A stretch of 64,000 nucleotides of DNA from Thermodesulfobacteriota bacterium (GTDB taxonomy: Bacteria; Desulfobacterota; Desulfobulbia; Desulfobulbales; SURF-16). Made by a program: the position numbers and the translations under genes. Shown here piece after piece: positions 28,526 to 38,769 of this stretch. The notes beneath the pieces were generated by a model, which saw only the letters and a list, made by a program, of their open reading frames with translations, was not told the origin of the DNA and ran no database searches. How positions within the stretch are numbered: the first letter of the stretch is position 1; every line of letters starts with the position of its first letter. The stretch lies in assembly GCA_039715015.1 (NCBI GenBank), contig JBDLIE010000005.1:44460-108459 (forward strand), in the 5' to 3' direction.

Positions 28526-30292
28526 ATGGCTCTTGATCCTACTAAGCATGCGGATTGGGAAATCGCGCAAGATGCAGAAAAGAACATGAAAACCGTCTAT
28601 GAGCTTGGCGAGATACTCGGTCTTGATAAAGAAGAGGTTCTGCCCTACGGCCACTATGTTGGTAAGCTTGATTTTAATAAAATCATGGGTCGCCTCGCCG
28701 ACAAACCAGATGGCAAGTATGTTGACGTAACAGCTATTTCCCCCACCCCCCTTGGTGAAGGTAAATCCACCTGTGCCATGGGTCTTGTTCAGGGTCTTGG
28801 CAAGCGTAACAAGTCTGTTGTTGGTGCTATTCGCCAGCCCTCCGGCGGACCCACCATGAACATCAAGGGCTCTGCCGCTGGTGGTGGTCTTGCTCAGTGT
28901 ATTCCCCTTACCGAGTTTTCCCTCGGTCTCACCGGTGACATCAACGCCATCATGAACGCCCATAACCTGGGTATGGTGGCTCTGACCTCCCGTATGCAGC
29001 ATGAGGCCAACTACACCGATGAGCAGCTTGGTAAGCGTAACCTCAAGCGCCTTAATATCCATCCCAAGAAGGTTGAGTTCAACTGGATCTTGGATTTCTG
29101 TGCCCAGGCCCTGCGGGATATCACCATTGGTCAGGGACCCGGCAAGATGGACGGCTTTACCATGAAGTCCTCCTTTGCCATTGCCGTATCTTCCGAGATC
29201 ATGGCTATCCTTTCTGTTGCCAATGACCTGGCTGATATGCGTCGCCGTATCGCTAAGATCGTTGTTGCCTATGACAAACAGGATCGTCCCATCACCACTG
29301 CTGACCTTGAAGTTGACGGCGCTATGACCGCTTGGATGGTCCAGGCCCTGAACCCCAACCTGATGCAGACCCTGGAAGGCCAGCCGGTCCTGGTTCATGC
29401 CGGTCCTTTTGCCAATATCGCCATTGGTCAGTCCTCAGTTATTGCTGACCGTGTTGGTCTGAAGATTGCCGACTACAACGTAACCGAGTCTGGCTTTGGT
29501 GCTGATATCGGTTTTGAGAAGTTCTGGAACCTCAAGTGTCGTTTCTCCGGTAATAAGCCTAACTGTGCTGTTGTTGTTGCCACCATCCGCGCTCTGAAAT
29601 GCCACGGTGGTGCACCTATTCCGGTACCTGGAAAGCCCATGCCTGATGAGTATAATAAGGAGAATGTCGGCTGGGTTGAAGAGGGTTGTAAGAACCTTAT
29701 CCACCACATTGAGACCGTTAAGAAGGCAGGTATCAACCCTGTTGTCTGTATCAACGCCTTCTACACCGATACCGACAACGAGATTAAGGCTGTGCGCCGC
29801 ATCTGTGAGGCTGCCGGTGCCCGCGTTGCCCTGTCCCGTCATTGGGAACATGGTGGTGACGGTGCTCTGGAGTTTGCTGACGCCGTTGTTGATGCCTGTG
29901 AAGAGCCTAACGACTTCAAGTTTCTCTATGATCTCTCTGATCCCCTTGAGAAGCGTATCGATCTCATTGCCAAAGAGGTATACGGCGCTGATGGCGTAAC
30001 TTATACCCCTGAGGCCCAGGCCAAGCTCAAGCGTCTTGAGGCTGATCCTGAGCTGAAGGAGATGGGGACCTGTATGGTTAAGACCCATCTCTCTCTCTCC
30101 CATAATCCTGCCCTCAAAGGTACTCCTAAGGGCTGGACCCTGCCAATCCGCGACATCCTCACCTATAAGGGTGCTGGTTTTGTTGTGCCTGTTGCTGGGG
30201 CCATCAGCCTTATGCCTGGTACCGGGTCTGATCCGGCCTATCGCCGTGTTGATGTTGATGTTGAGACTGGCAAGGTTAAGGGTGTTTTCTAA
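28526..30292 (+). CDS. fhs: Formate--tetrahydrofolate ligase
   Basis: [52 protein letters not shown] 28526 after GGAGG. Confidence 0.97.
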   Translation: MALDPTKHADWEIAQDAEKNMKTVYELGEILGLDKEEVLPYGHYVGKLDFNKIMGRLADKPDGKYVDVTAISPTPLGEGKSTCAMGLVQGLGKRNKSVVGAIRQPSGGPTMNIKGSAAGGGLAQCIPLTEFSLGLTGDINAIMNAHNLGMVALTSRMQHEANYTDEQLGKRNLKRLNIHPKKVEFNWILDFCAQALRDITIGQGPGKMDGFTMKSSFAIAVSSEIMAILSVANDLADMRRRIAKIVVAYDKQDRPITTADLEVDGAMTAWMVQALNPNLMQTLEGQPVLVHAGPFANIAIGQSSVIADRVGLKIADYNVTESGFGADIGFEKFWNLKCRFSGNKPNCAVVVATIRALKCHGGAPIPVPGKPMPDEYNKENVGWVEEGCKNLIHHIETVKKAGINPVVCINAFYTDTDNEIKAVRRICEAAGARVALSRHWEHGGDGALEFADAVVDACEEPNDFKFLYDLSDPLEKRIDLIAKEVYGADGVTYTPEAQAKLKRLEADPELKEMGTCMVKTHLSLSHNPALKGTPKGWTLPIRDILTYKGAGFVVPVAGAISLMPGTGSDPAYRRVDVDVETGKVKGVF

Positions 30293-30321
30293 GAAATTTA
30301 CACACTTACATCTTGATTCAT

Positions 30322-30358
30322 AAAAAAAGCAGAGTCTATTTTAGACTCTGCTTTTTTT
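30322..30358. terminator. Bidirectional-type terminator after fhs
   Basis: AAAAAAAGCAGAGTCTA-ttt-TAGACTCTGCTTTTTTT. Confidence 0.9.
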
Positions 30359-30469
30359 ATTTGGCTTCGTGGAGAATAAAGTTGCATCTGGGCTAACTCT
30401 TCTCCTACAATAACTTGATGGGATCCCGTTATTTTAATCTTTTAATCTCTTTATTATCATATTTTATAC

Positions 30470-32686
30470 ATGACCGCGAGCAATCCAAAAGCAGGTAAGA
30501 GCAGCCTTTCCGCTTCAGTAAAAGATCAATCCGGGGCCGGAAAGCTCAAAATTGGTGAGATCCTTCGTAAAGAGGGGCAGATCACCAAGAATATGCTTGA
30601 ACAGGCTGTTGGTATCCAAAAGAAACAGGGGGGGCGTCTCAGCTCTATTCTTCTTAGCCTTGGCTATATCGACGAGGACACGGTTTGTAAGATTCTCAGC
30701 CGCGTTCAGAGTTTTACCGTCATCACCATAAAGGACGAGCATCCGAATAAGGAAGTTTTTGATCTTGTTCCCTACGAATTGGCTAAGAAATACATGATGC
30801 TGCCAATTCGTAAGACTGACAAGACCCTGCAGATCACCATGGCCGAGCCCACTGATACCCAAGCTGTGGATGAACTTCAGTTTGAATTGAAGCTTGGCCT
30901 TTCGGTAGGAGTGTCAACAGAACGTGATATCATCGAGGGTTTTAAGGAATTCTACAATATTCCTAATGAGGAGTATCTTGAACTGCTCAACATTGAAGAG
31001 GGTGTTGGGGAGGAAGAGGAAGAGATAACCAGTATTGATGATTTTGGCTCCTTGGCCTCGGAAGTTGCTGATGATATGGCCATTGAGGCTGATGATATGG
31101 ATGAGGGGCCTGAGGAGTTTTCCGCCTCTGATGCGCCGATCATCAAGCTTGTGAACGGTATCTTGATCAAGGCGGTCAAGGATGGGGTGAGTGACGTTCA
31201 TATCGAACCCTATGAGAAAAATCTTCAGGTTCGTTACCGTCTTGATGGCTCCCTCTACAAGTCCATGAATCTGCCCATAGGAATCAAGAATGCCCTGACC
31301 TCAAGGATGAAAATCCTTGCCACACTTGATATCACCGAGCGCCGAATTCCCCAGGATGGTCGTATCAAGATGCGTATCGGCAAAAACAGGGTGGTTGATT
31401 TTCGTGTCTCCACCTTGCCCACCCTTTGGGGTGAGTCCATTGTTCTGCGTATCTTGGATAAGAGTTCTCTTAATGTCGACCTTGTTAAGCTCGGTTTTGA
31501 GGTTGCAACCTTTGATGCCTTAAAGCGTTGCCTCAATCGCCCCCAAGGTTTGCTGCTTGTTACAGGTCCCACCGGTTCCGGTAAAACAGTTACCCTCTAC
31601 TCTGCTCTTAATTCGTTGAACCAGGAGGACACAAAAATCCTCACCGCTGAAGATCCGGTGGAATTTAACTTTAAAGGGATTAACCAGGTTAATGTCCATC
31701 AGGAAGTGGGAATGACCTTTCCGGCCGCCCTGAAGGCCTTTCTTCGCCAGGATCCTGATATCATCATGGTTGGTGAGATTCGTGATATGGAGACTGCTGA
31801 AATCGCTATTAAGGCAGCGATGACCGGTCATCTTGTTTTCTCGACCCTCCATACCAATGACGCGGCTGCCACCATTGGTCGTCTTGTCGATATCGGCATC
31901 CCGCCCTATATGTTGGCCTCGTCCCTTACCATGGTTCTGGCTCAGCGCCTCGGCCGCCGCCTCTGTCAAAAATGTATGTCTCCCATTGATCGCCCTGATG
32001 AAAAATTGTTGTTGTCCATGGGGTTCACTGAGGAATTGCTTGAAAAAGAATGGACTCTCCATGAAAAGAAAGGCTGTTCGGCATGTAATGGCGGTGGTTA
32101 TAAAGGCCGGGTAGGGTTTTTCGAGCTCATGGAGGTGACTGATGATGTTGCTGAGGCCATTAATGCCCAAGTGGCTGAAGAGCAGCTGCGCAAGGTTGCC
32201 GTTCAGGAGGGCATGAACCCACTGCGCTATGCCGCCATACTCAAGGCAACTCAGGGAATCACTGATTTGCATGAGGTGGAGCGTCGTACTATTCTTAACG
32301 AGGAGAGTTTGCCGGCCTATCTGGTGAACCCTGATGTTGAACTGTATGAAGATGGCGACGACATCATACATCAAGGCAATAAGGATAGTGATTTTTTCCA
32401 GCTCCTGCAGGGGACGGTGATGGTTGTTCGTGACGGGAAAAGGATCGCAGACATTAAGGAGCCCGGCGAATATTTTGGTGAGATGTCAGCTATCTCTGGG
32501 GAGCCACGCTCTGCGTCCATTGTTTCCAAAGGGCGCTCAAAGATCAAACGGTATCCGGGCGACAAGATTATGGAGGTTATCCAGACCCAGCCCAAGGTTG
32601 CCCGTTACCTCTTTAAGACTCTGGTCAATCGTCTTTCTCAAACATCTGATATTATTGTCAAGCTTGCTGAAAACGCCCATCGCTAA
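30470..32686 (+). CDS. pilB: Type IV pilus assembly ATPase PilB with C-terminal cyclic-nucleotide-binding domain
   Basis: MshEN-like N-terminus; SDVHIEP, ERRIPQDGR, GPTGSGKT, TAEDPVE, LRQDPD, STLHTND; Zn Cys pairs; extra ~120 aa with FGEMS...PRSAS. Confidence 0.92.
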   Translation: MTASNPKAGKSSLSASVKDQSGAGKLKIGEILRKEGQITKNMLEQAVGIQKKQGGRLSSILLSLGYIDEDTVCKILSRVQSFTVITIKDEHPNKEVFDLVPYELAKKYMMLPIRKTDKTLQITMAEPTDTQAVDELQFELKLGLSVGVSTERDIIEGFKEFYNIPNEEYLELLNIEEGVGEEEEEITSIDDFGSLASEVADDMAIEADDMDEGPEEFSASDAPIIKLVNGILIKAVKDGVSDVHIEPYEKNLQVRYRLDGSLYKSMNLPIGIKNALTSRMKILATLDITERRIPQDGRIKMRIGKNRVVDFRVSTLPTLWGESIVLRILDKSSLNVDLVKLGFEVATFDALKRCLNRPQGLLLVTGPTGSGKTVTLYSALNSLNQEDTKILTAEDPVEFNFKGINQVNVHQEVGMTFPAALKAFLRQDPDIIMVGEIRDMETAEIAIKAAMTGHLVFSTLHTNDAAATIGRLVDIGIPPYMLASSLTMVLAQRLGRRLCQKCMSPIDRPDEKLLLSMGFTEELLEKEWTLHEKKGCSACNGGGYKGRVGFFELMEVTDDVAEAINAQVAEEQLRKVAVQEGMNPLRYAAILKATQGITDLHEVERRTILNEESLPAYLVNPDVELYEDGDDIIHQGNKDSDFFQLLQGTVMVVRDGKRIADIKEPGEYFGEMSAISGEPRSASIVSKGRSKIKRYPGDKIMEVIQTQPKVARYLFKTLVNRLSQTSDIIVKLAENAHR

Positions 32687-33054
32687 AAAATCTTTTTAGC
32701 CTCATTTCCCCCTCTTTTCCCGTTCGTCCAACCCTCTTCTGTAATATTACCTAATCTTCTTAGGTAGAGTTACTGGCTTTTAAAAAAGTGTGTGAAAAAA
32801 GCGGCTTACTCCTGTCGAAAATGAAGTTTAGAACGTATAAATTTGTTGCGAAAAGCATTTTTTTTCACTAGTATCTATGACTCCAAATCTTCGTGGTTAT
32901 TCCCGGTTGAGCTCATAATTTAAGCGAACTTTTAACGATTTTAGGAACAGTATAAGGAAAACTACGCTCCTGGAAATAGGAAGATTTTAGTCCGACATAC
33001 TATTCATGGTTTAATTTTTTTTTGATTCACCATATTTGTTTATAAGGAGATCCA

Positions 33055-33939
33055 ATGAGTGCCAAGATTATAAGTGGAACCGAAACAGCAAAGGCTATTC
33101 GGGAAGAACTGCAGGTTGAAGTAGCTGAACTTAAGGACAAGCATGGCGTTGTGCCAGGCCTTGTAACAATTCTTGTCGGCGAGGACCCTGCTTCACAATC
33201 CTACGTGAGTGCAAAAAATAAAACAGCTCATGCTCTTGGTATACATTCTGAGCAGGTAACCTTGGATGTCGACACCAGTGAGGAAGATCTCCTGGCCCTT
33301 GTTGATAAATATAATAAAGACGACAAAATTAACGGCATCTTGGTTCAGCTCCCTTTGCCTAAGCATATCAACGAAGCCAAGGTCCTCTACGCAATTGACC
33401 CTGAAAAGGATGTTGACGGTTTTCATCCTGTTAATGTCGGCAAAATGGTGCTTGGAGAGCAATGCTTTTTGCCATGTACTCCCCACGGCATCCTGGAACT
33501 CCTTACCCGTTCCGGCGTTGAAACCAGTGGTGCTGAGGTTGTCGTGGTTGGTCGTTCTAATATTGTCGGCAAACCCATTGCTAACCTCATGCTGCAAAAG
33601 CGTGATGCCGGTAACGCCACCATTACCCTGTGTCATACCCGCACCAAGGATATGGATATCCACCTTAAGCGCGCAGATATCATCATTGCCGCTGTTGGTG
33701 TGGCAAATATGATTAAGGCTGACCAGGTCAAAGAAGGCGTTGTGGTTATTGACGTTGGTGTTAACCGTGTCGGCATGAGTGCAAGCGGTAAGGCTATTTT
33801 GGCCGGTGATGTTGAGTTTGATTCCGTCAAGGAGAAGGCTTCGGCCATTACTCCTGTTCCCGGCGGCGTTGGTCCTATGACCATTACAATGTTAATGAAA
33901 AATACAGTTCAAGCGGCTCGCCAGGCGAACGGTATTTAG
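33055..33939 (+). CDS. folD: Methylene-THF dehydrogenase/cyclohydrolase
   Basis: GILVQLPLP, KDVDGFHP, PCTP, GRSNIVGKP, TPVPGGVGPMT. Confidence 0.97.
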   Translation: MSAKIISGTETAKAIREELQVEVAELKDKHGVVPGLVTILVGEDPASQSYVSAKNKTAHALGIHSEQVTLDVDTSEEDLLALVDKYNKDDKINGILVQLPLPKHINEAKVLYAIDPEKDVDGFHPVNVGKMVLGEQCFLPCTPHGILELLTRSGVETSGAEVVVVGRSNIVGKPIANLMLQKRDAGNATITLCHTRTKDMDIHLKRADIIIAAVGVANMIKADQVKEGVVVIDVGVNRVGMSASGKAILAGDVEFDSVKEKASAITPVPGGVGPMTITMLMKNTVQAARQANGI

Positions 33940-33967
33940 TGTTTTCAATTTTTTTGAGGAAATATAG

Positions 33968-35959
33968 ATGGCTACTTCAAAAACTGGGTGTGAAGGGTGC
34001 ACTGATATCACGTGCTCTTCCACGAAATTAGTTCTTGAGCAAGATATAGCAAAAGACGTTACCACTGCTTATGACCGTATTCAGGCCCGTGGTATGTCTG
34101 CATGTCTGTTCGGTTCCGGTGGTACGTGTTGCCGTAACTGTAACATGGGGCCTTGTCAGATCATAGATGGTGTTGCTGACATGATCGGTGTTTGTGGCGC
34201 CACTGCTGATACAGTTGCCGCCAGGAATTTCGCGCGAACTGTTGCTGCCGGTTCTGCCTCTCATGGTGACCATGCCCGTGAAATGGTTAAGGGTTTTATT
34301 GAGACTGCCAAAGGTAACGGCCCGCATGAAATTAAAGATGTGGACAAGCTGCACGATCTTGCCAAGGTTTTCGGCATTGAGACCGAGGATCGCGACAAGA
34401 ACGAGATTGCCCTTGAGCTTGGCGAAATGGCCTTGGCCGAATTTGGCAGCCAGAACGACAAAGGCTTGACCATGCTCCAGCGTGCCCCTAAAAAACGCCA
34501 GGATATTTGGAAAAAACTTGGTGTTGAGCCTCGTGGTGTTGACCGTGAAGTAGTTGAGATGATGCATCGTACCCATATGGGGGTTGATCAGGAATATGAG
34601 AATATCATGCTCCAGGCCTCCCGTTGTGCTCTCTCTGACGGTTGGGGTTCTTCCATGCTCTCCACCGAGCTTACTGACATCATGTTCGGCACCCCTGTTC
34701 CTCGCCGTTCCATCGTTGATCTTGGCGTCTTGAAGCCCGATCAGGTAAATGTCACCGTTCATGGTCATGAGCCCCTGCTTGCAGAATCTCTCTGTATCGC
34801 AGCCCAAGATCCTGAGATGCTTGCCCTTGCCAAGAAGCAGGGTGCCAAGGGAATCAACCTTGCCGGTGTCTGCTGTACTGGTAACGAGATCCTTATGCGC
34901 CGCGGTATCCCTGTCGCAGCCGGTTTTGTTCAGCAGGAGATTGCTCTTTCCACTGGTGCTGTTGAGGCCATGGTCGTTGATGTCCAGTGTGTAATGCAGT
35001 CTGTGGCTGACGTTGCCAAGAGCTTTCATACCGATATTATTACCACCAATTACCGCGCTAAGATGCCTGGTGGCGTTCATATTCAGTTTGATGAGCATGA
35101 GGCCTTAAACTCTGCAAAAGAGATTTTGACCAAAGCCATTATGAACTATAAGAAGCGTGGTAAGTTCTTTATCCCTGAAGAGACTAAGCTTGATGTGGTT
35201 GTCGGTTTCAGCCATGAAACCATCAACTATATGCTTGGTGGTCGTTTCCGGGCCAGCTATCGTCCTTTGAATGATAACATTATCAATGGTCGTATTCGTG
35301 GTGTTGCCGCCATTGTTGGTTGTGACAATTTTAAGCTTGCAGATGATTCTCATGAGGTCATTGTTCGGGAACTTTTAAAGAACAATATCCTTGTTGTGGC
35401 CACCGGTTGTGCGGCCACCTCCTTGGGGCGTGCTGGTTTAGTAAATCCTGAAGCTGCTCAGTATTGTGGTGACAGTCTGCGTGAGGTTTGCGAGACCGTT
35501 GGTATGCCACCTGTCCTTCATATGGGTTCCTGCGTTGATAACAGCCGCATCCTTATTGCTCTTACTCAGATGGTTCTCCAGGGCGGTCTTGGTGAAGATA
35601 TCAACGATCTGCCAGCCATTGGTACAGCTCCCCTGTGGATGAGTGAGAAAGCCGTAGCCATTGGCCAGTATTTCGTGGCTAGTGGTGCTCAGGTTGTCTT
35701 CCAGGATTTGGCCACCTCCGGTGCCAAAACCTTCAACAAGTATCTTCTTGAAGACATGATGGGAACCTATGGTGCCCATTGGAATGTTGCCAAGGATCCT
35801 AAAGAGATTGCCCGTGTCATGATTGAGGCCATTGAGTCTAAGCGCGATGCCCTTGGTATCAATAAGAAGAAAGAGCGTGTTCTTTTTGATATGAATATGC
35901 GTCGTGATCTTGGCGATGGTCAAGGCCTTACCGATGTCGGCTGTCACGGACCTGCCTAA
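33968..35959 (+). CDS. cooS: Anaerobic Ni-CO dehydrogenase catalytic subunit
   Basis: CCRNCNMGPC, HGDHAR, VHGHEP, CCTGNE, VDVQC, GCDN, TGC, GSCVDNSR, WMSEKA. Confidence 0.95.
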   Translation: MATSKTGCEGCTDITCSSTKLVLEQDIAKDVTTAYDRIQARGMSACLFGSGGTCCRNCNMGPCQIIDGVADMIGVCGATADTVAARNFARTVAAGSASHGDHAREMVKGFIETAKGNGPHEIKDVDKLHDLAKVFGIETEDRDKNEIALELGEMALAEFGSQNDKGLTMLQRAPKKRQDIWKKLGVEPRGVDREVVEMMHRTHMGVDQEYENIMLQASRCALSDGWGSSMLSTELTDIMFGTPVPRRSIVDLGVLKPDQVNVTVHGHEPLLAESLCIAAQDPEMLALAKKQGAKGINLAGVCCTGNEILMRRGIPVAAGFVQQEIALSTGAVEAMVVDVQCVMQSVADVAKSFHTDIITTNYRAKMPGGVHIQFDEHEALNSAKEILTKAIMNYKKRGKFFIPEETKLDVVVGFSHETINYMLGGRFRASYRPLNDNIINGRIRGVAAIVGCDNFKLADDSHEVIVRELLKNNILVVATGCAATSLGRAGLVNPEAAQYCGDSLREVCETVGMPPVLHMGSCVDNSRILIALTQMVLQGGLGEDINDLPAIGTAPLWMSEKAVAIGQYFVASGAQVVFQDLATSGAKTFNKYLLEDMMGTYGAHWNVAKDPKEIARVMIEAIESKRDALGINKKKERVLFDMNMRRDLGDGQGLTDVGCHGPA

Positions 35960-36031
35960 AATGTAATTTCTTTTACCGGCAGCGCACGCTGTCTGTGAAT
36001 ATCTAAGAATGTAACGAGAAGGATATAGCCG

Positions 36032-38725
36032 ATGAAATCGGGTAGTCGTTTAGAACGTATATTAAAGGCCGGTCATTTTGCTGTGACTGGTGAGCTTGGT
36101 CCGCCAAAGAGTGGTGATCCTGAGGTAGTTCGTAAGAAGGCCCGCATCCTGAAAGGCCATGTTGACGCAGTTAATATTACTGATTGTCAGACCGCCATTG
36201 TCCGGATGTCCAGTATTGCTGCAGGCCTTATCACCCAGCAGGAAGGTGTTGAGCCGGTAATCCAGATGACTTGCCGTGACCGTAATAGGATCGGTATGCA
36301 GAGTGATATCCTCGGTGCTTCAGCCTTGGGATTGAAAAATCTTCTCTGCCTCACTGGTGATCACCAGAAATTTGGTAACCACCCTGGTTCCAAGGGTGTC
36401 TTTGACATGGACTCCATCCAGCTTTTAGGGATGGTTAAGGACATGCGGGATGAAAAGCAGTTTCAATGCGGTGAAGCAATTAAATCTGCTGAACCAAAGC
36501 TCTTTTTAGGCTGTGCAGCTAATCCCTTTGCCTTTCCTTTCGAGTTTCGCGCCAAGCGTCTTGCCAAAAAGGTGGCCAACGGTGCTGATTTTGTCCAGAC
36601 CCAGATCATCTATAATGTTGAGAAATTTGCCAAATTCATGGAAATGGCCCGTGATATCGGCCTCCATGAAAAGGTGCATATCCTTGCCGGTGTAACCCCG
36701 CCGAAATCCCTCGGCATGGCCCGTTACATGAAAAATTTCGTGCCGGGTATGGATGTTACTGATGATGTTATCCAGCGCCTGAAAGATGCCAAGGATAAGC
36801 AGGATGAGGCCATAAATATCTGTGTGGATGTAATCAATCAGATTAAGGAGATTGAAGGTGTTGCCGGTGCCCATGTCATGGCAATTGAGTGGGAAGAAGC
36901 CGTACCTGAAATTGTTAAACGGGCTGGGATGGATTCTCGTCCTGTTCTTGATGATGATGTTGCTGAAGCAGCTCCGTCTGAGACAAGAGAAACCATTGAA
37001 GTTCAAACTTTTGCCGCAGGGGAGAGTAAAGCTACTCTTGATGATGCCAAGGCAGAGGCTGAAAAGATAATAGCAGCAGCAAAGGCTGAGGCCGCTAAAC
37101 TTGTAGAACTCGAGAAGAGCGCTACTCCGGCACCTGTTTCAGCCCAACCTTCTGAAAAAGATAACGTTGTCGAAACGCAAGATGATGCAGGAGAACATGA
37201 GATGAACGAAAGAGAACGTCTGATGGCGTTAGAATCTGTTCAGAATGGTCTGAAGGCTTTGAAGGAGGCCTTTAACCTTACCGATGAACAGTTTGATGCC
37301 CTGGCAAATTTTGCTGGTGCTAAAAGCGTCCTTGAAAAAGATCCAAATGTGACACCGGCTCCTGCAGCCCCTGTCTCTGCAGCTCCTGCCGCACCGGTCG
37401 CCCCTGCTGCGCCGGCTCCTGCAAGTACTGCAAGTGCAGCTTCTGCCGCTGCCCTTGAAAAACCAGCGCCAACTCCTCAGACTGCTGTTGACCTTCCTTC
37501 AGCTGTAGTGGCACGATACGAAGAGTTGATGAAACGTGCCGGCGCTTCAGTGCCATCTGCTGCTGCACCTGCTGCCGAGGCTGTTGATACAGCTGCCGCA
37601 GATGCTGCTGCCAAGAAGAAGGCTGAAGAAGAGGCTGCAGCTGAGAAGAAGAAAGCAGCAAAGCCGGCTGCCAAGAAAAAAGCAGCTCCTAAAAAGAAGA
37701 AGGCTGCTAAGTCGGCTCCGGTTGCAACTGGTGATGTCGGAGCATTTGCCGTCGAGCAGGAAGCCCTTGCTGATCGAGCTTCAAAGGTTCCTGTTGACTC
37801 CTACACTCAGAAATACACAGGTGCTATTCGTGAAACTACCCTGGGTAACGGCGATAATACCTTAACCATTGGTGGCGAGGATTCCATGCCCTTCCAGCTT
37901 TTTGAAGGGACCATGGCTAACAAACCACGCATTGCTATGGATATCGTTGATGTCGACCCCAAAGAATGGCCAGAGACTCTGCGCCGTCATTTTGAGGATG
38001 TTATTGATAATCCGGTTGCTTGGGCTCAGAAATGTGTCAACGAGTACAATGCAGAGGCAATCTGCATTTCCCTGGTTTCAACCGATCCTAACGGTATGAA
38101 CAGAGACTCTGCAGAAGCTGCCAAGACTGCTGCCGAGGTAATTGAAAATATCGACGTCCCCACCATTGTCTGGGGTTGTGGAAACGCTGATAAGGATACC
38201 GATACACTCCGTGAACTCACCTCTCTCATCGGTGACAAGAAGGTTTCTTTGGCTCCCCTTGAAGACAGCAACTACCGCTCTCTGGGCGCAACAGCAATGG
38301 CTTTCCAGCATCCCATTGTTGCTGCAAGCCCCATTGATGTAAACCTGGCCAAACAGCTCAACATTCTCTTGGAAAATCTTGGTGTCGGTCTTGACAACGT
38401 CATGATCGATCCTTCTGTGGGTGCACTTGGTTATGGTATCGAATATACTTACTCTGTCATGGAGCGTATCCGTCAGGCTGCCTTAATGCAGCAGGATGAA
38501 AAACTGCAGGTACCTATTATCTGTAACCTTGGTCGTGAAGTATGGAAGGCGAAAGAATGTCGTCTGCCTTCTGATGATCTTATTGGTGACCAGGAAACCA
38601 GAAGCATCCTGATGGAAGCTATTACCGCAAGCTGTATGTTGATGGCTGGTGGTGAGTTGATGATTATGCGTCATCCTAAGTCAATGAATCTGACCAAGGC
38701 TGTAATTGAAGGCCTCATGGCATAA
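36032..38725 (+). CDS. Fusion of methylene-THF reductase MetF with the corrinoid Fe-S protein small subunit AcsD/CdhD via a long low-complexity linker
   Basis: N-terminus AVTGELGPPK, CRDRNRIG, LTGDH, GADFVQTQ (MetF). C-terminus IGGED, SPIDVNLAKQLN, ALGYGIEYTYSVMERIR, IMRHP (AcsD). One uninterrupted ORF. Confidence 0.9.
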   Translation: MKSGSRLERILKAGHFAVTGELGPPKSGDPEVVRKKARILKGHVDAVNITDCQTAIVRMSSIAAGLITQQEGVEPVIQMTCRDRNRIGMQSDILGASALGLKNLLCLTGDHQKFGNHPGSKGVFDMDSIQLLGMVKDMRDEKQFQCGEAIKSAEPKLFLGCAANPFAFPFEFRAKRLAKKVANGADFVQTQIIYNVEKFAKFMEMARDIGLHEKVHILAGVTPPKSLGMARYMKNFVPGMDVTDDVIQRLKDAKDKQDEAINICVDVINQIKEIEGVAGAHVMAIEWEEAVPEIVKRAGMDSRPVLDDDVAEAAPSETRETIEVQTFAAGESKATLDDAKAEAEKIIAAAKAEAAKLVELEKSATPAPVSAQPSEKDNVVETQDDAGEHEMNERERLMALESVQNGLKALKEAFNLTDEQFDALANFAGAKSVLEKDPNVTPAPAAPVSAAPAAPVAPAAPAPASTASAASAAALEKPAPTPQTAVDLPSAVVARYEELMKRAGASVPSAAAPAAEAVDTAAADAAAKKKAEEEAAAEKKKAAKPAAKKKAAPKKKKAAKSAPVATGDVGAFAVEQEALADRASKVPVDSYTQKYTGAIRETTLGNGDNTLTIGGEDSMPFQLFEGTMANKPRIAMDIVDVDPKEWPETLRRHFEDVIDNPVAWAQKCVNEYNAEAICISLVSTDPNGMNRDSAEAAKTAAEVIENIDVPTIVWGCGNADKDTDTLRELTSLIGDKKVSLAPLEDSNYRSLGATAMAFQHPIVAASPIDVNLAKQLNILLENLGVGLDNVMIDPSVGALGYGIEYTYSVMERIRQAALMQQDEKLQVPIICNLGREVWKAKECRLPSDDLIGDQETRSILMEAITASCMLMAGGELMIMRHPKSMNLTKAVIEGLMA
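37350..37725 (+). repeat. Ala/Pro- and Ala/Lys-rich low-complexity linker
   Basis: PAPAAPVSAAPAAPVAPAAPAPAS...AAAKKKAEEEAAAEKKKAAKPAAKKKAAPKKKKAAK. Confidence 0.85.
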
Positions 38726-38769
38726 TAGAGCAAAGATTTTTACCCGATCTTCAGTAGAGGAATTATTCA

